The position numbers were made by a program, and so were the translations under genes. This document shows positions 1-6,908 of a DNA stretch of 36,081 nt, in pieces. The stretch's first letter is position 1. Each line of letters begins with the position of its first letter. The stretch comes from a virus (taxonomy: Duplodnaviria > Caudoviricetes): IMG/VR virus record IMGVR_UViG_3300030330_002482, positions 1 through 36,081 of that record; one strand, 5' to 3'. Under the pieces are notes generated by a model. That model saw nothing but the letters and a program-made list of their open reading frames with translations. It had not been told where the DNA came from and searched no databases.

Positions 1-384
1 GGTGAACAAGCAAACACTTTTAAAGCTTTTGACAGCACTCAAGAAGAAGAGACCTATTCGATGGTTACTGCTAACCGTTTCTGGTCCCAGATATTTGGAA
101 TTGCTTTTAGCAATAAACGCTGGCTTCATTTCTTTATGCTGTTTGTACCTGTTATGGGTCTTTGGACCGCTTCTATTGGAATTATTGGTCTTGCTCTCAA
201 TCTTCGTGCTTACGATTTTGTATCTCAAGAAATCCGGGCGGCAGAAGATCCTGAATTTGAGACGTTCTATACGAAAAATATCCTTCTGAACGAAGGTCTT
301 CGTAACTGGATGGCACCTGCTGACCAACCACATGAGAACTTCATCTTCCCAGAAGAAGTCTTGCCACGAGGTAACGCACTCTAA
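1..384 (+). CDS. psbD: Photosystem II D2 protein, 3' part (truncated by window edge)
   Basis: Frame 1 reads [51 protein letters not shown]...[10 protein letters not shown], the D2 C-terminus. Confidence 0.99.
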   Translation, partial: GEQANTFKAFDSTQEEETYSMVTANRFWSQIFGIAFSNKRWLHFFMLFVPVMGLWTASIGIIGLALNLRAYDFVSQEIRAAEDPEFETFYTKNILLNEGLRNWMAPADQPHENFIFPEEVLPRGNAL

Positions 385-403
385 ACCACTTCCCAAAGTA
401 TCC

Positions 404-430
404 ACCGTCTCTTTACAGGGACGGTTTTTT
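404..430 (+). terminator. Rho-independent terminator after psbD
   Basis: ACCGTCTCT-TTAC-AGGGACGGT stem-loop followed by a T-tract. Confidence 0.75.
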
Positions 431-440
431 ATTGTATAAT
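412..440 (+). promoter_or_regulatory. sigma70-type promoter nested in the psbD terminator
   Basis: TTTACA (412-417), 17 nt spacer, TATAAT (435-440); 22 nt upstream of the GTG at 463. Confidence 0.7.
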
Positions 441-462
441 GACTTTATAATTAATCAGCATC

Positions 463-1032
463 GTGATCACCCATCAGCAAAAAATTCGTAGGATCCTTCT
501 GCCTATCAAACAACAAGTTTTGCATAAGATTGATCAAAATTTAACTCTTGATAAAAAAGATCTCAATGTTTTGAAGGCAACAGTTCCAGAGATTCTCTTG
601 TATGGAACATTTGAGAGAACTTTTTCTACTTGTCTTGGACATAAACTTCAAGAAATTGCATCTACTTGTGGAAAAAAAGTAACTAACATAGATAAGGTAG
701 AAGGTAAAGTTTTGGGTGTTGATCTTCGTATTGAGTTTGATGAATCTTATGAGGGTCAAATGAAGGCAAATACAAATACACAGACTGGAACACATAAAAA
801 AGATTCTTTCAAAAAACTTATTGAAACAACTACTAAAAATAAAACTAAACCTTTTTTTGTAACGGCTCTGGGAGAGTCTTATGAATATCTAAAAGATGGT
901 ATACTATTCATTGGAGGAAAGTGTTTTTGGGAAAAGATTGGTGTGGATTATAACGTAGTTTACAATACTATTGTAGAAATTATCAAAGAAACTTATGAAG
1001 AAGTCAAACTCATTGATCTCCCTACTGTTTGA
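463..1032 (+). CDS. Putative type II restriction-endonuclease-like PD-(D/E)xK nuclease
   Basis: FERTFSTCLGHKLQE helix, GVDL (PD-like Asp), GQMKANTNT ((E/Q)xK-like) and a C-terminal GKCFWEKIG motif, resembling TdeIII/PmeII/Eco47II-type enzymes; AT-rich. Confidence 0.6.
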   Translation: MITHQQKIRRILLPIKQQVLHKIDQNLTLDKKDLNVLKATVPEILLYGTFERTFSTCLGHKLQEIASTCGKKVTNIDKVEGKVLGVDLRIEFDESYEGQMKANTNTQTGTHKKDSFKKLIETTTKNKTKPFFVTALGESYEYLKDGILFIGGKCFWEKIGVDYNVVYNTIVEIIKETYEEVKLIDLPTV

Positions 1033-1648
1033 AGAACTTGATTACAGAGATGCAAATGTAAAAGACTTTGTAGTAAAACCTACTACTATTCAGTATGTCA
1101 GAAACTTTGTAGAGACTTGGCACTACTCATCGAATGTAAATGGTCTTCGCATTTCTAATGTCTTTGGTTTGTTTTATCAAGAGAATCTCATTGGTGCCAT
1201 GATTTATGGTCCTCTTGGTATGGCAAACACTTGGAAAAAGTATGCTGATTCTGAAAGTGAGATCGTAGAGTTGCGTCGTCTTTGTTGTATAGACAACACC
1301 CCAAAGTGTACAGAGAGTTATTTTATTGGAAAGACTCTTCGCTGGTTGAAGAAAAATACAGACCATAAGATTGTTATTTCATATGCTGATACTTTCCACA
1401 ACCATGAGGGAATCATTTATAAAGCAACAAACTTTACACACTCTGGTATGACTGCAAAGGGTAGAGTCATTCAGTATGGTGACAGAACTTATCACGATAA
1501 GTGCATTCGTACATATCACGTAGATAAGAATGGTAATAAAAGATTGAAACCATTTGCACAGAGAGTCAAGGATGCTTTAGAATCTGGAGAAGCAAAGTAT
1601 GTTGATACTCCTGGTAAACATATTTACATTTTTAGGTTAAAAAAATAA
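995..1648 (+). CDS. Mom-family (phage Mu Mom-like) GNAT DNA-modification protein
   Basis: HYS...FGLF...LIGAMIYG...ELRRLCC...TESYFIGKTLRWLK...ISYAD...HEGIIYKATNF motifs typical of Mom-like proteins. Confidence 0.75.
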   Translation: MKKSNSLISLLFEELDYRDANVKDFVVKPTTIQYVRNFVETWHYSSNVNGLRISNVFGLFYQENLIGAMIYGPLGMANTWKKYADSESEIVELRRLCCIDNTPKCTESYFIGKTLRWLKKNTDHKIVISYADTFHNHEGIIYKATNFTHSGMTAKGRVIQYGDRTYHDKCIRTYHVDKNGNKRLKPFAQRVKDALESGEAKYVDTPGKHIYIFRLKK

Positions 1649-1697
1649 ACCACAGAAAGAATCCACACCACAACATAAGGACAAGCAAAGGATTTAA

Positions 1698-1886
1698 ATG
1701 AACTTATGGAGACTATGGGCAAAAGCGTTAGGAGAAAAGGATGGAAAATCAGACAGAGAATCTGATATTATTGCTGGCATACGCACCATTATTCTTATTG
1801 CTTACATGGTCACTAACGTTGCCATCGTTGCTAATGCTATAAGGCATTGGAACCCACCACCACCGACAATAAATAGGGGGACATGA
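1698..1886 (+). CDS. Small cyanophage membrane protein
   Basis: WRLWAKALGEK N-terminus and one hydrophobic helix; AGGA upstream. Confidence 0.75.
   Translation: MNLWRLWAKALGEKDGKSDRESDIIAGIRTIILIAYMVTNVAIVANAIRHWNPPPPTINRGT
1870..1875 (+). promoter_or_regulatory. T4-like late promoter core (TAAATA)
   Basis: AATAAATA ending about 25 nt upstream of the ATG at 1900. Confidence 0.55.
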
Positions 1887-1898
1887 GTCCCCTTTTTT
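1877..1898 (+). terminator. Rho-independent terminator
   Basis: GGGGAC-ATGA-GTCCCC followed by T6. Confidence 0.75.
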
Positions 1899-1899
1899 A

Positions 1900-3210
1900 A
1901 TGCTTTCTGTTCATCAGCACTGGGATCCACTTAAAGTTTGTGCCGTAGGTAGATCATATCCTCCAGAGTTTTATTCTTATATCAAGAACTCCAAAGTAAG
2001 AAACGTCTTCGAGAAGATTGCTCAAGAAACCGAAGAGGATTATCAGAAACTTATATCTAAACTTGAGGAGTTTGATGTTAAAGTTTTAAGAACAGATATT
2101 TCTGAGGATCTAAGTGTCTATGATATGCATCATGATGATGGTTCTACTAGAAAAGCAACACCACCAATGACACCAAGGGACTACACTGCTATGGTCGGCA
2201 GTAAGTTCTATATGCCCGGAGAAAATTACGGAGATGTAAAGAGATATATTGATAAGTTTGTTTGTAGTGACAACTATAATGACATTATTCGCAATTTAGA
2301 AAACAATCCTGAGGTACAAAAGTATCTGTATGATCTGCTATTGCCAGGGAGACCTGTCAATATTGGATCTGTTATCGAACTCAAACGAATTTTAAGAAAA
2401 GGTTTGGGTAACCAAAACATGTCTGTCTTAGATCAACAGGCATTCGAGGCAATCGTTTCACAATCCTCCACAAATACTATCGGGAGAACATCAAAGTTCC
2501 AAAAGTTTACTGGATTTGATCAGTTTAAAACTATAAGAGAGTACATAGAATCTCATGGCAATGAGATCATTTACGATACTCATTACAACGCAGCAACAAT
2601 GAGTCGTATTGGTAAGGATTTGTACATATCTTATAGTGGTATCCTAAACAAACTAAACGAAAAAAGAATAAAAGAGAATTGGAGAAAGTCCTTTCCAGAT
2701 TATCGCACACATGCTATTGATTTGCCTGGACATGCTGATGGATCATTCTGTCCTGTCAAACCCGGTCTAATTGTTAGTCTTGAATCGCCGGAGTATTATA
2801 GAGAATCTTTCCCTGGATGGGAGGTTGTATCTCTTCCTGGTCAGAGTTGGTCGAGAGTAAACCCTCATCTTAAGAATAAGGAGAGACATAAACTAAGATA
2901 CTGGGTTCCTGGAGAGGAAGAGAACGATGCTTTCCATGACTACATTACTGAGTGGATGGATGATTGGGTCATATATGTTGAGGAGACCGTGTTTGATGTG
3001 AACATGTTGGTCATTGACGAAAAGAACGTTATATGTAATAATGAGAACGAGCAGGTGTTCGAGGCATTCGAACGCCACGGCATCACACCCCACGTTATTA
3101 ACTTCCGTCATCGTTACTTCTGGGATGGCGGTCTACATTGTATTACAAGTGACTTACACAGAGACGGCACCCGCCAAGATTACTTCCCAGATCGAGAAGT
3201 GGATCAATGA
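1900..3210 (+). CDS. Amidinotransferase family protein (glycine/inosamine-phosphate amidinotransferase-like)
   Basis: WDPLK..VG start, PRD, GHADG, FDVNMLVID and C-terminal GGLHCIT.D..R motifs. Confidence 0.85.
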   Translation: MLSVHQHWDPLKVCAVGRSYPPEFYSYIKNSKVRNVFEKIAQETEEDYQKLISKLEEFDVKVLRTDISEDLSVYDMHHDDGSTRKATPPMTPRDYTAMVGSKFYMPGENYGDVKRYIDKFVCSDNYNDIIRNLENNPEVQKYLYDLLLPGRPVNIGSVIELKRILRKGLGNQNMSVLDQQAFEAIVSQSSTNTIGRTSKFQKFTGFDQFKTIREYIESHGNEIIYDTHYNAATMSRIGKDLYISYSGILNKLNEKRIKENWRKSFPDYRTHAIDLPGHADGSFCPVKPGLIVSLESPEYYRESFPGWEVVSLPGQSWSRVNPHLKNKERHKLRYWVPGEEENDAFHDYITEWMDDWVIYVEETVFDVNMLVIDEKNVICNNENEQVFEAFERHGITPHVINFRHRYFWDGGLHCITSDLHRDGTRQDYFPDREVDQ

Positions 3211-3616
3211 CACACTGAGTCAACCGAATAAAGCATTTGGTAACCTACCACCATGTCCTTACGCTAAGAAGGCATGGATGGATGGTAATGTCTCCGTCAG
3301 AATGTTCACCACCTTTGAGCAGTTTGAGAAAGGACCTTGGGACAAAGAGGTCAATATCTATGTCACCGATATGAGCGCCTGGGACCTACAGGAAGCAGCA
3401 GTAGAATACAACCGACGCTATCCTGCATATCTCTTCCTGGAGGAGCACCCAGACCTCACTGAGGACGTTGATGGTTTCTTAGTCAATCAGGGTGAGTATG
3501 GTATGCTCATCGTACAGGAGCGTAGACCCCTTGAGGAGGCACGTAAAGCACTCCAGAAGACTGAATACTATGATAAGTGGTCTCCCGAGATGAAGGAGCG
3601 TATCCTTGAGCGTTAA
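3125..3616 (+). CDS. Hypothetical protein, DUF1415-like (start uncertain: 3125 or 3149)
   Basis: WI...LSQPNKAFGNLPPCPYAK motif and later EEHP; the 3014 start of the track lies deep inside the upstream gene. Confidence 0.6.
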   Translation: MAVYIVLQVTYTETAPAKITSQIEKWINDTLSQPNKAFGNLPPCPYAKKAWMDGNVSVRMFTTFEQFEKGPWDKEVNIYVTDMSAWDLQEAAVEYNRRYPAYLFLEEHPDLTEDVDGFLVNQGEYGMLIVQERRPLEEARKALQKTEYYDKWSPEMKERILER

Positions 3617-3827
3617 AAGGATCAAGTGGTTTAGTGCCACAGTCATCCTGGTTGCTATGGTATTCCACGTTCTGGGGTTGACACCCTGGAATAGTCTGTT
3701 ACAATTAGTGGGTGCTGCCGGATGGACATACGTCGGGGTGAGGTGGAAAGAACGTGCTATTGTCATGAACTTTCTTCCTCAGTTCTTCATCATCATCCCC
3801 GGTCTTATCTACATGATGCTTCGATGA
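3606..3827 (+). CDS. Small three-helix membrane protein
   Basis: Hydrophobic KW...PWN...GW..VG..W.ERA...N pattern. Confidence 0.7.
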   Translation: MSVKRIKWFSATVILVAMVFHVLGLTPWNSLLQLVGAAGWTYVGVRWKERAIVMNFLPQFFIIIPGLIYMMLR

Positions 3828-4036
3828 CTGTCACACTCCGCTACATAGGACATATACTCATTGTCCTAGGGTATTTTATTGTATTAAATGTTAGCGTTTT
3901 CTTTGGTGTCCTCGTAGGGATGTCTGGTCACTCATTGGTTCTGCCGTGGGCGATACAGAATAAAATGTGGGACTTGATTATACTGCTAGCATTCTTTGTA
4001 ACGATCCAGTTAGCAAAACTAATCCAACTCCTATGA
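3824..4036 (+). CDS. Small membrane protein
   Basis: ATG 3824 overlaps the upstream stop (ATGA); MTVTLRYIGHILIVLGYFIVL... is hydrophobic. Confidence 0.7.
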   Translation: MTVTLRYIGHILIVLGYFIVLNVSVFFGVLVGMSGHSLVLPWAIQNKMWDLIILLAFFVTIQLAKLIQLL

Positions 4037-4206
4037 ACCCAGACGAAATCACTATCGATAGCATGGGCAAACTGTTTGCTTATGAAAAGATTGCCCGTGA
4101 CATTGAGGCAGTTACTGACATAGAAGAGCTTCGCAATCTAGCAAAGTCTTTCGCCAAACTGTACTACAAACAGCAAGAAGTGGTAGCGAAACTCGGTTAT
4201 CAATGA
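4033..4206 (+). CDS. NblA-like small two-helix protein
   Basis: MNPDEITIDSMGKLFAYEKIARDIE...LRNLAKSFAKLYYKQQEVV; size and helical pattern resemble NblA; ATGA coupling with the upstream gene. Confidence 0.5.
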   Translation: MNPDEITIDSMGKLFAYEKIARDIEAVTDIEELRNLAKSFAKLYYKQQEVVAKLGYQ

Positions 4207-4763
4207 TTTTTCATTCGTTTGATTTTGAGTTGTCTGTTGATGATAAAAAATATATTAGGTCTACCTATCTGACTGATAGATTTGCGCGAAAAGACGCTAG
4301 AGAAAGACCGCTATACTATACAGGTTATCATCATTTACCAGATTCTCAGAACAGAACTGGTAAAAAACTTCAGAAATTTACAGACACAAGACTGCTACAA
4401 ATTTACAGTCCAATTATAAAAAAAGAACTTACCGAGCAGCGATTGTTTGAGGCAGATCCAACAGCGATCTACTCATATCAACATATCTGGACACAGATAT
4501 ACACAAAAAATCTTGGTAAGGGTATCAACCCTCATCATCATTACGCTCATCCATCAACTTTATTTTCGTGGATTCATTTTGTAGAGGCACCTGCTGAGGA
4601 CTGTCTTTATTGGGAAATGAATAGTGGTAAAAAAATTTATCCACAATCCCAACGATCTGGTAAAATGATATTCTTTGTTCCTTGGGTATATCATGGTGTT
4701 GATCCAGTAATATCACAAGAGGAAAGGATTGTTGTCGCAGGTAATGTCGTTAGATTAAAATGA
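4203..4763 (+). CDS. Putative 2OG-Fe(II) oxygenase
   Basis: W..Y...HxH...FSWIHFV...GKMIFF..W.YHGV...RIVVAGN double-stranded beta-helix signature. Confidence 0.8.
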   Translation: MIFHSFDFELSVDDKKYIRSTYLTDRFARKDARERPLYYTGYHHLPDSQNRTGKKLQKFTDTRLLQIYSPIIKKELTEQRLFEADPTAIYSYQHIWTQIYTKNLGKGINPHHHYAHPSTLFSWIHFVEAPAEDCLYWEMNSGKKIYPQSQRSGKMIFFVPWVYHGVDPVISQEERIVVAGNVVRLK

Positions 4764-5035
4764 TTCAGGTATTGTTTATTGGTGAGATCAAAGATCTGAC
4801 ACCAGAGTATGAGGCATACAATGATAGTTTGTATGCCAGTGCTAAAGATCTACCTGGATTTCTCGGTATTGATAGTGATGTAAAAGATGGTATTGAAGTA
4901 ACCATTAGTAAGTGGCGTGATCGTGAGTCCGTCATGGAGTGGGCAAAAGATCCTGAACACATGAAAGCAAAGGCACGAGTTTACGACTGGTACAAGTGGT
5001 ATCGTGCTAAACATTTTAATTGTATAGACGAATGA
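4760..5035 (+). CDS. Antibiotic biosynthesis monooxygenase (ABM) family protein
   Basis: PGFLG...TISKW...W..DPEH..AK motif. Confidence 0.8.
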   Translation: MIQVLFIGEIKDLTPEYEAYNDSLYASAKDLPGFLGIDSDVKDGIEVTISKWRDRESVMEWAKDPEHMKAKARVYDWYKWYRAKHFNCIDE

Positions 5036-5298
5036 CTGAATACTGGGAAGTCCGTGAGAACGGTGAAAGATATTGTCACTGTGGTAGGCAGGAGACTGCC
5101 TGGGACCTGGTTCGTATGAAACCTGGTGTTAGAACATGTCATAAGATAAATATCATTCCTGGTCAGGTTATAGACGTTACTGTCAAAGAGGTCCTAGAGT
5201 TGTCTGGACAACTAGGACTGCCACCTGCTATAATGGAAAAGGAATTGCCAGAATTCCAAGGCGAACCATTACCTTACTGGGACGAATTTCAATCCTGA
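5032..5298 (+). CDS. Hypothetical protein
   Basis: ATG 5032 overlaps the upstream TGA; contains YCHCG. Confidence 0.7.
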   Translation: MTEYWEVRENGERYCHCGRQETAWDLVRMKPGVRTCHKINIIPGQVIDVTVKEVLELSGQLGLPPAIMEKELPEFQGEPLPYWDEFQS

Positions 5299-5302
5299 AA
5301 AG

Positions 5303-5539
5303 ATGAAAGCAACAGTTTACACACGGACGGATTGTCCCTATTGTGTCAAGGTTAAACAGGTCTTGACCATGGTCGAGGCACAAGTAACCGAGTATACATA
5401 CGAAAAGCACTTCACTAAAGAACAATTCTACGGTGAGTTTGGTGATGGTGCTACGTTTCCACAAGTCGTAATCAACGAGGAGCACGTAGGCGGATGCACA
5501 GAGACAGTGAAGGTATTGAGGGAGCGGGGCTTAGTCTAA
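5303..5539 (+). CDS. nrdC: Glutaredoxin
   Basis: CPYC active site, TFPQV and VGGC motifs. Confidence 0.95.
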   Translation: MKATVYTRTDCPYCVKVKQVLTMVEAQVTEYTYEKHFTKEQFYGEFGDGATFPQVVINEEHVGGCTETVKVLRERGLV

Positions 5540-5661
5540 ATAAAGGCGTAGAACTACTACTAAGGAGGAAGAGACCATCAAAACGCTTGAGTTTTGGTAA
5601 GATTGTTCTTCCTTTTACCGACAAGGAAGTTTCTTTTTACCTAGAAATTAGGAAACGTTAG
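5494..5661 (+). CDS. Small basic hypothetical protein (55 aa, not in ORF track)
   Basis: MHRDSEGIEGAGLSLNKGVELLLRRKRPSKRLSFGKIVLPFTDKEVSFYLEIRKR fills the gap after glutaredoxin and overlaps its 3' end; start uncertain. Confidence 0.5.
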   Translation: MHRDSEGIEGAGLSLNKGVELLLRRKRPSKRLSFGKIVLPFTDKEVSFYLEIRKR

Positions 5662-5675
5662 TAGGAGTTAAGAAA

Positions 5676-5888
5676 ATGTTAGCAGCAGTTATTGGACTAT
5701 CAGTAGTCTGTGTAATGCTCTTAACGGGGTTAAGTTTAGTTGTTGGATATCTATTCCGACAGTATATTACAGACATTACCCCAATTTATTCTCATCCAGA
5801 ATGTTTTGATGAGAACGGTAACCAACTCCCCGATGAAATTATCGCATTTCGATTTGAGGGATCACATTTAGATGAATTTGACGATTAA
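5676..5888 (+). CDS. Conserved cyanomyovirus membrane-anchored hypothetical protein
   Basis: AGGAG RBS, N-terminal TM helix, HPECFDENG...IAFRF motif. Confidence 0.8.
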   Translation: MLAAVIGLSVVCVMLLTGLSLVVGYLFRQYITDITPIYSHPECFDENGNQLPDEIIAFRFEGSHLDEFDD

Positions 5889-5890
5889 CT

Positions 5891-6340
5891 ATGGCAAAAC
5901 TTCCTGATAATCCTTTGGTCTCTGAACTTTTTACTGCTGTACATGGTAAAAAGAACAAAACGGACAAGGTTAAACTGCTGAAAGAGAACATCCGTGACGA
6001 TGTTAAAGCACTTATCATTTGGAACTATGATAAAGGCATCCGCAGTGCTCTACCCGAGGGTGAAGTTCCTTACAAGCCAAACGAAGCACCAGCAAACAGT
6101 GGTGGGCATACACGACTTGTACATGAGTGGAGAACCCTGTATAATTACGTGAAGGGTGGCAACGATAAGCTATCCCAGATGAAGCGTGAGCAAATGTTTG
6201 TTCAACTTCTAGAGTCACTTCACGCTGACGAAGCGAACATCCTTATGCTGGTTAAGGATAAGGAGCTTCAGAAGAAGTATCGCATCACCCGTCAAGTTGT
6301 AGAAGAGGCATACCCTGATATTGTTTGGCGTGACAAATGA
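5891..6340 (+). CDS. Conserved T4-like cyanophage hypothetical protein
   Basis: LPEGEVPY...KREQMFVQLLESLH..EA motif. Confidence 0.8.
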   Translation: MAKLPDNPLVSELFTAVHGKKNKTDKVKLLKENIRDDVKALIIWNYDKGIRSALPEGEVPYKPNEAPANSGGHTRLVHEWRTLYNYVKGGNDKLSQMKREQMFVQLLESLHADEANILMLVKDKELQKKYRITRQVVEEAYPDIVWRDK

Positions 6341-6594
6341 AACTTCTCCACGAAAAGTGTGACCCTTCAGTCTCACTAGATCGCAGTCTGCCTTACACGG
6401 CATACATGATCGAGTATATTGAGGGTGACACCACATATTATGATATTGCTACAGCAAGTAAGCAATCCGAACTCTTTGATCATTACTACGACAAGTATAA
6501 AAAAGATTTCGTCAACATGACCCAGACAGAGGGTAGAATGAATCCTAAACTCTGGGGAGCACAACAGGCAACGTCAAGCAGCAAGAAAAAGTAG
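6337..6594 (+). CDS. Conserved cyanophage hypothetical protein
   Basis: LPYTAY...FDHYYDKY...GRMNPKLW; ATGA coupling. Confidence 0.8.
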   Translation: MKLLHEKCDPSVSLDRSLPYTAYMIEYIEGDTTYYDIATASKQSELFDHYYDKYKKDFVNMTQTEGRMNPKLWGAQQATSSSKKK

Positions 6595-6604
6595 CAAGTT
6601 ATAC
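6591..6604. promoter_or_regulatory. Candidate NtcA binding site
   Basis: GTA-gcaagtta-TAC matches GTA-N8-TAC and lies 8 nt upstream of a -35 box. Confidence 0.5.
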
Positions 6605-6612
6605 CAAACTAC

Positions 6613-6642
6613 TTGACTACATAGTACATGATGTGCTATAAT
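6613..6642 (+). promoter_or_regulatory. sigma70-type promoter
   Basis: TTGACT, 18 nt spacer, TATAAT with extended -10 (TGc); predicted start just before 6652. Confidence 0.8.
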
Positions 6643-6651
6643 TAGCACTGA

Positions 6652-6877
6652 CGTTCATCCCTTCGGGGACGCAAGTAAGTCGCGGAACGGAGCGTTCATC
6701 CCATGCTGGAACTACTATTTTATTCCAATATGCTATGTGCTGACGCCGACGCTATCATGCTGAGGATTGACGCACATGAGAATCTACCTGATAATATCAA
6801 GGTAGAATTGGTCGAGACCGTAAAGGAATCTGTACCAGAATGTGAGTTTTACTGGGACGCAAACGACTAAAGGAACG
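6652..6877 (+). ncRNA. Tandem glutamine-riboswitch-like aptamers (glnA / Downstream-peptide class)
   Basis: Two units of CGTTC-A-[P2]-CGCAA...GAACG: 6652-6689 (P2 TCCC-TTCG-GGGA) and 6693-6877 (P2 TCCCA/TGGGA with a 149-nt loop); upstream of a YRG-motif peptide. Confidence 0.75.
6703..6870 (+). CDS. 55-aa ORF embedded in the second aptamer (not in ORF track)
   Basis: MLELLFYSNMLCADADAIMLRIDAHENLPDNIKVELVETVKESVPECEFYWDAND; GGAG at 6689-6692. Confidence 0.7.
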   Translation: MLELLFYSNMLCADADAIMLRIDAHENLPDNIKVELVETVKESVPECEFYWDAND

Positions 6878-6908
6878 GGCGAAAATCCAACTACTTTAGG
6901 AGTCAGAC

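Noticed and set aside
2-289. 95-aa ORF in frame 2
   Set aside because: Alternative frame over psbD with no independent signals.
3014-3124. N-terminal extension of the DUF1415-like ORF
   Set aside because: Lies within the conserved C-terminus of the amidinotransferase; a later start is more plausible.
6652-6700. CGTTCATCCC direct repeat read as a CRISPR array or tRNA
   Set aside because: Only two copies, no spacer series and no cloverleaf; explained by the tandem aptamers. No tRNA or CRISPR array was recognised anywhere in the window.
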